Shown in pieces: positions 50,429 to 59,834 of a stretch of 64,000 nt of DNA. The notes beneath the pieces are model-generated. The model had not been told where the DNA came from, did no database searches, and saw nothing but the letters and a program-made list of their open reading frames with translations. The position numbers and the translations under genes are program-made. Source of the stretch: a virus; the IMG/VR virus record IMGVR_UViG_3300009169_000020, positions 7,017 through 71,016 of that record, one strand, 5' to 3'. Numbering within the stretch: the first letter of the stretch is position 1; the number at the start of each line of letters is the position of its first letter.

Positions 50429-51172
50429 ATGTTCGGTATTATTTATAAAGCAACAAATATTATTAATAATAAATGTTATATAGGACAAACTATAAAATCA
50501 ATAGATGCAAGAATTTCTGAACATTATAAAAATGTATCCCGTAACAATATAACATATTTTTATAATGCTATTCGTTTATATAAAGAAGAAAATTTTATTT
50601 GGGAAATTATTGATGAAGCTTCTTCTAAAAAAGAGCTAAATGAAAAAGAAAAAGAATGGGTTTGGCTGTATAAATCAAATGATGCTTTATATGGGTATAA
50701 TATGACTGAGGGGGGTAATGGGGGAGCTACAAGAATAGGCAGACCTCATACAATAGAAACTAAGCAAAAAATTAGTCAAATACATAAAGGTAAAAAAAGA
50801 TCACCATTATCTGAAGAAACAAAACAAAAAATTAGTGATTCAGAAAAAGGTAGAATACCTTGGAATAAAGGAATGGAATATTCAGAAGAACAAAAACAAA
50901 AATTATGTCATGGACCATTTTCAGAAGAACGTAAAGCTAATATGAAAAATAAGAGTGGAGTTAATAATCCTTTTTATGGAAAAACTCATTCAGATGAATG
51001 GAAGCTTAATAAAAGTAAAAATCATCATAATAGGAGAGATGATATAACTATAGATAAAATATTAGACTTTATAAATAATGGATTATCGATAAAAGATATT
51101 ATGAAAGAATTAAATTGTAGCTATAAAGTAATATATACTAGAATGAAGGTATTTAAAAATGAAGCGATATAA
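50429..51172 (+). CDS. GIY-YIG homing endonuclease with NUMOD3 repeats
   Basis: GIIYKATN..NNKCYIGQT...GYNMTEGG; HTIETKQKIS, SEETKQKIS, NPFYGKTHS. Confidence 0.88.
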   Translation: MFGIIYKATNIINNKCYIGQTIKSIDARISEHYKNVSRNNITYFYNAIRLYKEENFIWEIIDEASSKKELNEKEKEWVWLYKSNDALYGYNMTEGGNGGATRIGRPHTIETKQKISQIHKGKKRSPLSEETKQKISDSEKGRIPWNKGMEYSEEQKQKLCHGPFSEERKANMKNKSGVNNPFYGKTHSDEWKLNKSKNHHNRRDDITIDKILDFINNGLSIKDIMKELNCSYKVIYTRMKVFKNEAI

Positions 51173-51590
51173 AAGATATTTTGAAGAAGAAAATTCTACT
51201 AATAATTTAACAGATATTAAATTAACAGAAAATTTAATTAATTTTATTAAAGAAAACCCCTTTCCAAAAGATGAAATTTTGCATAAGTTCGCAGAAGATA
51301 ATGGTTATGAGCCGGATCTTGTAGAACAATATGCTTATGCCTTTCTTACGGTTATAATCACAGGAGGAAAATCTAAAGGGAATACCTCTAAAATAACCGA
51401 AGATCAACTTAAAATAGGATTACAAATAGAAAAAGAACATGTAGAACTTGATAAAAAATATGAAGATAATAAAGTCATAAAAGCTATTCAAGAAATATAT
51501 GAAACAAAAATATCATCTGATCATTATGCTGAAAATAAAACGTATTATGATCAACAATTATTTAAGGACGAATTAAAAAAAGAGGCTTAA
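51159..51590 (+). CDS. Putative internal head protein (leader MKRYKRYFEE)
   Basis: QLKIGLQIEKEH...ISSDH..E..TYY (DUF5661-like pattern). Confidence 0.6.
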   Translation: MKRYKRYFEEENSTNNLTDIKLTENLINFIKENPFPKDEILHKFAEDNGYEPDLVEQYAYAFLTVIITGGKSKGNTSKITEDQLKIGLQIEKEHVELDKKYEDNKVIKAIQEIYETKISSDHYAENKTYYDQQLFKDELKKEA

Positions 51591-51596
51591 ATAATT

Positions 51597-51875
51597 ATGA
51601 AAAGATATAAAAGACAATTTATAGAATCTAATATAGAGGTAACTCTTTGTTATGATACAACCAAAAGACTATTTTATATATGTACAAGTTGTGGTAACAC
51701 TTATTTTCATAATGATTTTAAAGGTATGGCTAAAGTACTTAATTATATGGAAGTAAACTGTCTTCATACGGATTCAAATGATCCTAAAGAAATACTAGCT
51801 AAAGTATTAGAAATGCCGCATAAATTAGATATACATATTGATCCAGTTAATTTTAGAAAAAATGCACAACTATAA
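51597..51875 (+). CDS. Putative internal head protein (leader MKRYKRQFIE)
   Basis: Leader. Confidence 0.6.
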   Translation: MKRYKRQFIESNIEVTLCYDTTKRLFYICTSCGNTYFHNDFKGMAKVLNYMEVNCLHTDSNDPKEILAKVLEMPHKLDIHIDPVNFRKNAQL

Positions 51876-51897
51876 TATATAATAAAGGTGAATAATT

Positions 51898-52128
51898 ATG
51901 AAAAGATACAAACCAGTCTATAAAATAAAAGAAGATGCGGAAGAGGATAAATCTTTAAAAGCTATAAAAGATTTAATAGATATGAAATCTATTGATACAG
52001 AAGAAGAACAAGGTAAATTTATGGCTCTTATTAAAGGTCTTATATTTGCAGATAATAAACATGGAGATGAATTTCTTAAACAGATTAATGATTTTACATC
52101 AAGTCTTAAAATAGAAGATTTTAAATAG
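51898..52128 (+). CDS. Putative internal head protein (leader MKRYKPVYKIKE)
   Basis: Leader; weak similarity to 52136-52402. Confidence 0.6.
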   Translation: MKRYKPVYKIKEDAEEDKSLKAIKDLIDMKSIDTEEEQGKFMALIKGLIFADNKHGDEFLKQINDFTSSLKIEDFK

Positions 52129-52135
52129 GTATTTT

Positions 52136-52402
52136 ATGAAAAGATACAAAAGACATTTTATAGAAGATGATCTAAATAGTACTCCAGAATGGTATGACAA
52201 AAAGATTAATGGTCTTATAAGAGTACTTAGAGACGAATCATTTGCCTCAGAAGATCAAAGAAAAAAAATGATTGATATACTTTCATCATTATTAAATTCA
52301 TCCGATAAAAGAGCTAGATTATTATTTAAAAAAATTGGTGAACATCTTACAGAAATTGGTGATGAAATTCTAAAATATGGACAAGAAGCAAAAGAGGGCT
52401 AA
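52136..52402 (+). CDS. Putative internal head protein (leader MKRYKRHFIE)
   Basis: Leader. Confidence 0.6.
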   Translation: MKRYKRHFIEDDLNSTPEWYDKKINGLIRVLRDESFASEDQRKKMIDILSSLLNSSDKRARLLFKKIGEHLTEIGDEILKYGQEAKEG

Positions 52403-52458
52403 TGAATAGATATAGAACATTACAGGAACAAGCTAAAGCAAAGGGGAAATTACTTTAA
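52402..52458 (+). pseudogene. 18-aa truncated copy of the prohead protease N-terminus
   Basis: MNRYRTLQEQAKAKGKLL* vs MSRYRYLEDKAKLKGKIL (11/18 identical). Confidence 0.65.
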
Positions 52459-53327
52459 TGAATACTGAATTTATATCTGGTCTTTATGTAAAGTTTGACG
52501 ATGTAGTGAAAACTAATATTCATGGTATCATTTATATTGCTTTAAATACATTAAACAATAAATGTTACATAGGCCAAACTAAGCTTGATTTAAACACAAG
52601 AAAATCTCAACACATGAGACCACAGTGCAAAACATATTTTAGTTATGCATTAAAAAAATATAATGATAATTTTATATGGTCAATTTGTGATATAGGATAT
52701 TCAAAAGAGGAACTAGATATCAAAGAAAAGTATCTAATTAACCATTACCAAAGTAACAATAAAGATTTTGGTTATAATTTAACTTCTGGTGGTGATGGTA
52801 GATGTGATTTTAAACATAGAAAATCCTCTAATGACCAAAGAGCTTTATCTAATAAAAAATATTATACTGATTTATTCTATAAAGAGTATAATGTTAAATC
52901 TATACTAGATTATATGGAAAATAATGAGGTTACCTTTGTTGATTGTGCTATACAATTCAATTTAAAACCCAATAAATTAAAAAATTTTTTCAGAAAAGAA
53001 TTTCTTGATTTATATAATTTTTACTTGCAAAGAAGTGAAAAATTGAGATGCAAAAGAACTCAAAAGGGATTATTAGCTAGAGAGTTTGTTCCTAAAAAAA
53101 TAAATGTGGATATAAATGTAATACTAAAATTATTATATGTATGTAATTCCTTTATAGAAATAGCTAATAAATTAAATGTAACCTCAGGAATTATTAAGAA
53201 TAGATTGCAAGAATATAATATGGAACTTTATAATGATATAGTTAAAAAATATATTAAAATAAGAAATATAAATATTACTAATAAAAGGTACGGAAAAGAT
53301 TTAATTGGTATATCAGAGGTATTATGA
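52458..53327 (+). CDS. GIY-YIG homing endonuclease
   Basis: GIIYIALN..NNKCYIGQT...R...E...GYNLTSGG; C-terminal HTH-like repeats. Confidence 0.85.
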   Translation: MNTEFISGLYVKFDDVVKTNIHGIIYIALNTLNNKCYIGQTKLDLNTRKSQHMRPQCKTYFSYALKKYNDNFIWSICDIGYSKEELDIKEKYLINHYQSNNKDFGYNLTSGGDGRCDFKHRKSSNDQRALSNKKYYTDLFYKEYNVKSILDYMENNEVTFVDCAIQFNLKPNKLKNFFRKEFLDLYNFYLQRSEKLRCKRTQKGLLAREFVPKKINVDINVILKLLYVCNSFIEIANKLNVTSGIIKNRLQEYNMELYNDIVKKYIKIRNINITNKRYGKDLIGISEVL

Positions 53328-55288
53328 GTAGATATAGATATTTAGAGGATAAAGCAAAACTTAAAGGGAAAATTCTTCTTATAGAGAATGTATCTTTGCA
53401 TATAGATTCAAAAAATATAGAAATATTTGATAAACCTCGGATAATAGAATCAGTAGATAATGGATCATATACTGCAAGAGCTATAATAAAGAATGTTCCT
53501 GTAAGCAAATTTACTGAGAATTTAAACGGTAGAATTTATAATAAGCAGTTAGATGAACGTATTATAAATAATGGATTAGCAGAAGGTAATTTATCATTAG
53601 CTGATCATCCAGAAGATGATGGATCTATAACTAGAATTTGTGGTGTATGGCATAATCCTAGAATGGATGATAAATATTCTTATGGAGATTGGTATTTAGT
53701 TGGAGATCATGGGCAACTCATATTAGAAACAATTAAAGCCGGAGGAAAAATAGGTGTAAGTCGAGTTGGGTTTGGAGAAATTTTAGAAGATGGTAAAACA
53801 GTTGATCCAGATTCATATGAACTTCAAAGATATGGGGATGCTGTAGTAAACCCCTCCCAAGAAGTTTTTGCTACTTATGAAAATCTTACTGAGAATATAT
53901 CTGAATCTATACAAAAAGATATAATAAAAGAAATTATTATAAATGAAAAAAATATAATTGAAAATAAAACTACTAATATATTAACAAATGTATTAGAACA
54001 AAATGAGGTAAAAAACGATATGTCAGAAAAATTTATTGAAGCTTCTTTAAGAATGCAGGTAAAACAATTAATTAAAGAAGCTGAGAACAGCACTATGCCT
54101 GTTGATTCTATAAAGGATCTTCAGGAAGTTTTGAAGACTGTTCCAGCTACTATGGTAGAAGATATAGTTAAACTAGAAAATACTATATCTAAACTTCAAG
54201 AAAAAATTGAAGTTGAAAAAGTTCTTGCTCAAAAAGAACTTAAAGAAAGTAAAGAAACACTCGAATCACTTTCTAAAAAATACGAAGTTGCTAATCAAAC
54301 CATAGAAGGTATGAAAAAACAACTCGAAAAAGCTAATACTCTAGTTGAAAAAGCTGTTAATCCAGACCTAGAAAAAAGTATCAAAATGATGGAAGCTGAT
54401 CTAAGTCAATTTACCAAAGACAGACCTCTTATGGAAAATGATATCAAATGCCTTACAGAAAAAATAGCTATCAAAGAAGCTGAACTCAAAGCTTTTGAAG
54501 AAGATACTATTCTTAGAGATAAAGACATTGCTAAATTCAAAGAAGAAAGAAAAGCCCTTAGAAAAAAAGTATCTGTATCAGATAAAGCTCTTAAAGAAGC
54601 TGAAAAACATATTTCAGATCTTGAAAAAACTCTTAAAGAAGATTTTGGGTATGACTTCGATGATGAAATGATAGATGACTCTATGGAAGATGAAGATGAA
54701 ATCTATTCAGATGAAGATCTAGCCGATTATGATTATATGGAAGATGAAGGTGGTCTTACTGGTAATGGAGATATAGATGACTATATGTTCGTTGAAGAAG
54801 ATGATGAAGACAAAGATGAAGAAGACGATAAAGTAGAAGAAGCAGATGATTCAGAAGATGATGATAAAGAAGAAATCGAAGAATCTGACGACGAAGACGA
54901 CAAAGAAGAAGTAAAAGAAGATGACGAAGATGATGATAAAATGGCAGCTCTAAGAGCTAAAAAAGAACAAGCTCTTCGTAGAAAAAGAATAGAACTTAAA
55001 AAACAAGAAGATGCTAAGAAAAAAGAAGTTAAACCAGAAATCAAAAAAGAATCTAAATCTAAAGTTGTAGAAGCTGTTCAACAATATTATATGGAGTCTA
55101 TTAGAAAAACTCCTGCAATCAAAGATATCAGAAGTTCTATTATGAGTTCAACTTCACTCTCTGAAGCAATAGAAAAAGTACAAAGATTCAAATCAAAAAG
55201 ATTCGGAAATGATATGCTAAAACTAGACGAATCATCTAAGAAAAAAGATCAATACGTAGATTACAAATTTGATATAAACGAAGACTAA
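53324..55288 (+). CDS. Prohead protease (T4 gp21-like) fused to an acidic coiled-coil scaffold
   Basis: NLNGRIY, LADHP, IGVSRVG.G, DAVVNPS; long coiled coil and D/E-rich tract; directly upstream of the capsid gene. Confidence 0.85.
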   Translation: MSRYRYLEDKAKLKGKILLIENVSLHIDSKNIEIFDKPRIIESVDNGSYTARAIIKNVPVSKFTENLNGRIYNKQLDERIINNGLAEGNLSLADHPEDDGSITRICGVWHNPRMDDKYSYGDWYLVGDHGQLILETIKAGGKIGVSRVGFGEILEDGKTVDPDSYELQRYGDAVVNPSQEVFATYENLTENISESIQKDIIKEIIINEKNIIENKTTNILTNVLEQNEVKNDMSEKFIEASLRMQVKQLIKEAENSTMPVDSIKDLQEVLKTVPATMVEDIVKLENTISKLQEKIEVEKVLAQKELKESKETLESLSKKYEVANQTIEGMKKQLEKANTLVEKAVNPDLEKSIKMMEADLSQFTKDRPLMENDIKCLTEKIAIKEAELKAFEEDTILRDKDIAKFKEERKALRKKVSVSDKALKEAEKHISDLEKTLKEDFGYDFDDEMIDDSMEDEDEIYSDEDLADYDYMEDEGGLTGNGDIDDYMFVEEDDEDKDEEDDKVEEADDSEDDDKEEIEESDDEDDKEEVKEDDEDDDKMAALRAKKEQALRRKRIELKKQEDAKKKEVKPEIKKESKSKVVEAVQQYYMESIRKTPAIKDIRSSIMSSTSLSEAIEKVQRFKSKRFGNDMLKLDESSKKKDQYVDYKFDINED

Positions 55289-55299
55289 TACAAACAATA

Positions 55300-55334
55300 T
55301 TTCTTTCCTCTTTATATTAGAAGAGGAAAGAAAA
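55300..55334 (+). terminator. Hairpin / terminator after the scaffold gene
   Basis: TTTCTTTCCTCTT...AAGAGGAAAGAAA. Confidence 0.65.
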
Positions 55335-55540
55335 TATTTTAAAAATTTATTTTACTAATAAATAAGTTTTTAAAATGTTATTTAAGGAATCTCAAAGATA
55401 GGCAGTTAAATTAAATAAGGATCAATCCCTCTAAATTCCACGTAAGGTCAGACCATTAAGTCATTAAATATTAATAAAAATTTATGAATTTTTATTACTA
55501 ATAAATAAATTTAAACAAATAACGAGGTTATTAAAATACT

Positions 55541-56998
55541 ATGAAACACGGAAGACAAACTCAGTCTCCAGAAAAAATGCAAGAAGAAGTTATGAGACTT
55601 TATTCCGATAAGTCCAGACTCGGAGAAGCACTTGCAAGTAAATGGGGCAAAACAAAACTAGTTGGACCAGAACTCGCTAAAATAGCAGAATCTAATCCTA
55701 AAAAAGCTGGAAGAGCTTCTATCGCTCTTAACAACCAAGAAAAAGTTCTTAAAGCAATAATCAAAGAAAATGTATATTCTACAACTTTTGGTTCTTCTGT
55801 AAAACCAGAACATATGCTCAAAGCAGTATTCCTTGGTGCAGCTAATTCTCATAGAGGTGATATCTTTACTGAATATCCTCTTACATCTACAGATGATGCA
55901 CTTTTCTATATCCAAGCTACTTATGAGCAATCCTTAAGAGGAGCTACAGCAGGAGCAAGATCATACGAAAGTGTTAAACCATACTACTCTGGAGAAGAAT
56001 ATTATGGTTCAGTTGGTACAGGTACAGGAGCACAAACAGCTTTCACTTCTGCTGCAATGTCACCTCTTCCTCTTATTCCTTGGTCAGTTAGAATCACTGT
56101 TGCTGGAGCTATTGTTGCTCAAGATAATGGTTCAGGTACTCTTGTAGGTACTCTGCTTAATTCAGCTCTTACAAATACCATAGTATATGCAACTGGTGTT
56201 GTTACTCTTAACTTTACTGCTGCTCCTGCACTTAATGCAGCTATAGCAGTTTCTTATCAGTGGAACTCAGAGGACGCTTCAAACTATAGTTCTTATGGTA
56301 CTATGGCACTTGAACTTACTAAAACCCGTTTTAATGCACGTCCTATGCCTCTTGGATATAGAATCTCTGATATGACTCAAATCATGTTTGAAACAACTGG
56401 TCTTGGAGATGCTAAAGATTATCTTGCACAAGCAATTGCACAAGAACATTCAAGAGCAAGAGACTATAGAGCTATTGCAAGAGCAAGACAAGTTGCACTT
56501 TCTAATGCTACAGCTACATTTGATACAGACTTTGCTGCTGCTGGTGAGATCAGTTATAAATCCCATGCACAGAGACTTTTAAATGAAATTGAAAGAGTTG
56601 GTGCTGTAATTTATGATGATATTAAAAGAGGCGGGATTACTCAAGTTGTTGCTGGTGCTAAAGCCACTACTTATGCAAAAAATCACGATCTTTGGGTAGA
56701 TGATAATTCAGAAGGTATTACTAAGAATGGTCTTTATAAATCAGGCAGACTTTCTAATATTGATGTGTATACTTGCCCAGCAGATAGTTCACTTGTTGCA
56801 ACTAACGAAATGATGATTGTATATAAGAATCCTACAGAAGGACTTGATACAAGTATAGTATTCGGAAATTTGGCGGAGATCGACAGTTCTCTAAGATATC
56901 CTAACTTTGTAACGGAAGGTAATAGCGCAACTATTGAGGATGCGAAAGTAACGAATGCAAAATTTGTAAGACTCCTTACATTATCTAGTTTAGTTTAA
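55541..56998 (+). CDS. Major capsid protein (T4 gp23-like HK97 fold)
   Basis: Position after the protease/scaffold; propeptide with AxxLxNQE; strongly biased codon usage; two TACTAATA upstream and a terminator downstream. Confidence 0.8.
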   Translation: MKHGRQTQSPEKMQEEVMRLYSDKSRLGEALASKWGKTKLVGPELAKIAESNPKKAGRASIALNNQEKVLKAIIKENVYSTTFGSSVKPEHMLKAVFLGAANSHRGDIFTEYPLTSTDDALFYIQATYEQSLRGATAGARSYESVKPYYSGEEYYGSVGTGTGAQTAFTSAAMSPLPLIPWSVRITVAGAIVAQDNGSGTLVGTLLNSALTNTIVYATGVVTLNFTAAPALNAAIAVSYQWNSEDASNYSSYGTMALELTKTRFNARPMPLGYRISDMTQIMFETTGLGDAKDYLAQAIAQEHSRARDYRAIARARQVALSNATATFDTDFAAAGEISYKSHAQRLLNEIERVGAVIYDDIKRGGITQVVAGAKATTYAKNHDLWVDDNSEGITKNGLYKSGRLSNIDVYTCPADSSLVATNEMMIVYKNPTEGLDTSIVFGNLAEIDSSLRYPNFVTEGNSATIEDAKVTNAKFVRLLTLSSLV

Positions 56999-57022
56999 TC
57001 TTTAAAAAATATTTTTAAATTT

Positions 57023-57050
57023 AAAAGCCCCTTTAATTAGGGGCTTTTTT
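57023..57050. terminator. Bidirectional terminator at the strand switch
   Basis: AAAAGCCCCT-TTAATT-AGGGGCTTTT between convergent genes. Confidence 0.8.
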
Positions 57051-57689
57051 ATTATCACTAAAATAATCATATAATGAAAAATCAACTTCTTTCATACCCT
57101 CTCTCATCATTTCTAATACTCCAGAAAAAGGGTCATATTCTTCTGCTATAATTGGGAATATTTCTATCAAATCTTTTGACTCTACCCATTTTATTAGTGA
57201 ATTAGCTATAATCTCTCTTACATATTTATTAGATCTATTATAATCACTTATAAATTTTCTTATTCCTAGAATACAAAAATTAGCTGGTAATAATGCTTTT
57301 TTATCTATAAATCCATGAGAATAATTATTGTTAATTTCTACATCTTCATAAGATAAATTTAATTCTTCTAATAACTCACCAAAATAATTAAATAGCGTTC
57401 CTCCATCTAATTGAATAAAATAAGGTATTCTTATTACTCTATTATCTTCCTTTAAATCCAACCATAAAGCATCTTTATATATATCGCGTAATATAGTAGA
57501 TGTATCTGTATAATGTCTATATCCATCAAATTCTACAAGATATTTATCATTAATAACTAGATCACCCCTGTATCTTTGTCCTATTTTCACATTAACTTTA
57601 ATATCTATATTAACATGATACTGAAGTTGCTTAAAAATATCTATCATTTTTTTCTCTGTCAAATAATCTTCATATTTAAGTATTATCAT
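57033..57689 (-). CDS. PD-(D/E)XK nuclease-like protein (Vsr/DUF559-like)
   Basis: YRGDLVI...LVEFDGYRHY...RD...IRIPY. Confidence 0.65.
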   Translation of the reverse strand: MIILKYEDYLTEKKMIDIFKQLQYHVNIDIKVNVKIGQRYRGDLVINDKYLVEFDGYRHYTDTSTILRDIYKDALWLDLKEDNRVIRIPYFIQLDGGTLFNYFGELLEELNLSYEDVEINNNYSHGFIDKKALLPANFCILGIRKFISDYNRSNKYVREIIANSLIKWVESKDLIEIFPIIAEEYDPFSGVLEMMREGMKEVDFSLYDYFSDNKKAPN

Positions 57690-57721
57690 TATTTTTTTTC
57701 CTTTGTTAATTTTTTTGTAAA

Positions 57722-58072
57722 TTATATTTTTTTAATAGAAAGCATAAAATCTGTTGTATCAAGAAATTCTGCTTGATTATAATATTCTATTAACTTCTCG
57801 GAATTTCTAGTAATAAATTTTATAATATTTCTTTTTTCTTTACTGGATAAAGTTAAATTCTTTTCTTCTATAATTTTAATATTATTAGCATTAGATGTAA
57901 TAGAGAATTTAATAAATTCAAATTCAGCTTTTTTAACATTATGTACATAATGAATATGTGGAAAATTGATATGTCTTTCTTCTGGTCTAATTTGAATAGT
58001 CCCTTCCTCTATACCAGAATATTTTGGCATTATATTTGCCATTTCAAAGAGTTTTCTTTTATATCTATACAT
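57722..58072 (-). CDS. DUF4160-like protein with leader MYRYKRKLFE|M
   Basis: MANI.P..SG...H..PHIH...N.EKLIEYY; AGGAG RBS. Confidence 0.6.
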   Translation of the reverse strand: MYRYKRKLFEMANIMPKYSGIEEGTIQIRPEERHINFPHIHYVHNVKKAEFEFIKFSITSNANNIKIIEEKNLTLSSKEKRNIIKFITRNSEKLIEYYNQAEFLDTTDFMLSIKKI

Positions 58073-58104
58073 TTAATTTTCTCCTTCTTCCTTATTTTTA
58101 AAAA

Positions 58105-58524
58105 CTAAAGTTTTCCAAGTTCTTCTGCTTTAATATTTAATAACTTACCTATGTATTTAGGAGCATTAAATTTATGATTTTTTAAAATATTTTTTATTCG
58201 TACAATTTCTTTATATTGAGATTCTTTTATAAATCCACATGTAAGTACTCCACATAAGGAAGCTAAATATGATTTTATACTTCTCATATCTTCAGTTGAA
58301 GTAGAGTAGTCTATAGTATAACTTATCCTCATACAACTTTTAATCATATTCATAATATCATTATGTTGTTTAATATCAATTTTAAAATAAACATAAATTT
58401 TACATAGTGATTTATCACTTAGATTTTTATTATAAGAACTAGCAATTTCAACTTTAGATATTCTATTATCCATCATTATACCAAATATTTTTTCTCTGGG
58501 TATTATATAAGATTTTCTTATCAT
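58105..58524 (-). CDS. Hypothetical protein
   Basis: AAGGAG RBS and an upstream GTTTAC promoter. Confidence 0.6.
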   Translation of the reverse strand: MIRKSYIIPREKIFGIMMDNRISKVEIASSYNKNLSDKSLCKIYVYFKIDIKQHNDIMNMIKSCMRISYTIDYSTSTEDMRSIKSYLASLCGVLTCGFIKESQYKEIVRIKNILKNHKFNAPKYIGKLLNIKAEELGKL

Positions 58525-58575
58525 TGTTTTTCTCCTTATTGAATCATTTTTTTAACTACTTATTAGCTATATACA

Positions 58576-58608
58576 ATATACAAAACATATATAGAAAAGT
58601 AAACAACT
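58576..58608 (-). promoter_or_regulatory. Second promoter class GTTTACT...TATATT
   Basis: GTTGTTTACTTTTCTATATATGTTTTGTATATT; near-identical copy at ~63791-63820 (-) and a related one at ~62715-62748 (-). Confidence 0.6.
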
Positions 58609-58827
58609 TTTTTCTATTTTTTCAAAAAAAGTGGTTTTTATTTTAATACAAAAAAGCTTATAAATAATTATATAAATTTATATATCTATGTTTAGCTTCT
58701 TAATTTTTCTACTTCTAGTATAGTGCTTTTACATAGAGGACAATAAGAAGATTCTATCTTACTTAACCAATTATGATTACATTCACTACAAGTATGATCT
58801 ATTGCCTTGACTGTATAATCTTTCTTT

Positions 58828-59034
58828 TCATTTGCCATTGTTATATCCCATAGTAATAGATTGTCTTATTACATTTTCATCTGAATAATCTAAAGTCATT
58901 TTAGATGGAAAACAGTTTTTATAAATAGTAACTTTACCATACCTCTTAAAAAGTAAATTACTTATTTTATAGGGTAAATAGTTAGCTATTTTATACATCC
59001 AAGTGTATTTATAATTTGTAATTTGTATATCCAT
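58828..59034 (-). CDS. Hypothetical protein
   Basis: GAGG RBS. Confidence 0.45.
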   Translation of the reverse strand: MDIQITNYKYTWMYKIANYLPYKISNLLFKRYGKVTIYKNCFPSKMTLDYSDENVIRQSITMGYNNGK

Positions 59035-59072
59035 TATTATACCTCTTATGGTTTTTTAGGTGGTTTACTAAT

Positions 59073-59270
59073 TTACTTTTCTATAAACCATTTACAATTA
59101 TTATTTTTATTTATTTCGCTCGGTTCTAAATCATATGTATATACTATACTTTTCCAAGTATATTCAATTTTAGTATTAGAGGGGGATTTACAGAAATATT
59201 TTGTAGGGTATCCAAATTTAGGTTGTTCTACAAAATATTTACAGTTATCACAGCATACTTTATCATTCAT
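59073..59270 (-). CDS. Small Cys-rich protein
   Basis: CDNCKYF...C...NNNCKWF. Confidence 0.55.
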   Translation of the reverse strand: MNDKVCCDNCKYFVEQPKFGYPTKYFCKSPSNTKIEYTWKSIVYTYDLEPSEINKNNNCKWFIEK

Positions 59271-59271
59271 T

Positions 59272-59463
59272 TTATATCATCTCCACATTAAATTTAAATA
59301 CTTCCCAACCTTCTTTCTTACTCTGACTACTTAGAGTGTAATTATAATCACCATAGTTTCTTTCATTGAATAATCCTATTGCTCCCTCTTTAGTTACATC
59401 TAGCAACACTGCTTTCATGTCATCTTTAAAATCTTTATGAACTACCCCATACATTATTGTCAT
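59272..59463 (-). CDS. Hypothetical protein
   Basis: Packed in the minus-strand operon. Confidence 0.5.
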   Translation of the reverse strand: MTIMYGVVHKDFKDDMKAVLLDVTKEGAIGLFNERNYGDYNYTLSSQSKKEGWEVFKFNVEMI

Positions 59464-59834
59464 TTTTTTACTCTTGCTCCTATAAGTAGTTTTGCTTTAT
59501 CTAACATAAAATCTGGTATCTCTACGGTAATATATTTAGCTTCCTTTTTCTTAACAAATATTCTTCCTTCTGGTTCAAACCAACCATTATTATCATCATA
59601 GTCATCTACTACCTTTGTTTGAACACAAAAACCATTTACATTTAATATAGTAAAGTCTTCTTCTTTTATACTATCTAATGTCCTTATATTGATACTATCA
59701 GAATCACCATAACCATCAAACATATACATTGAAGATGATATAAGTACATCCCCTTTCTTTATTTGTTTTTTAAATGATTTATTATAATCCAGTTCTATCC
59801 AACCTCTTTTAGTTAATTCCTCTATAGTTTTCAT
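59460..59834 (-). CDS. Hypothetical protein
   Basis: Likely start MKTIEE via ATGA overlap. Confidence 0.55.
   Translation of the reverse strand: MKTIEELTKRGWIELDYNKSFKKQIKKGDVLISSSMYMFDGYGDSDSINIRTLDSIKEEDFTILNVNGFCVQTKVVDDYDDNNGWFEPEGRIFVKKKEAKYITVEIPDFMLDKAKLLIGARVKK

Noticed and set aside
54640-54940. GAA/GAT-rich low-complexity DNA as a tandem repeat element
   Set aside because: It simply encodes the acidic tract of the scaffold.
15361-56582. Minus-strand or alternate-frame ORFs overlapping real genes (e.g. 15361, 19702, 21465, 23838, 25506, 26378, 29174, 30525, 35866, 41648, 43502, 48128, 48582, 49617, 53278, 53875, 54781, 55600, 55658, 56388)
   Set aside because: Shadow ORFs of well-supported genes, with no recognisable motifs.
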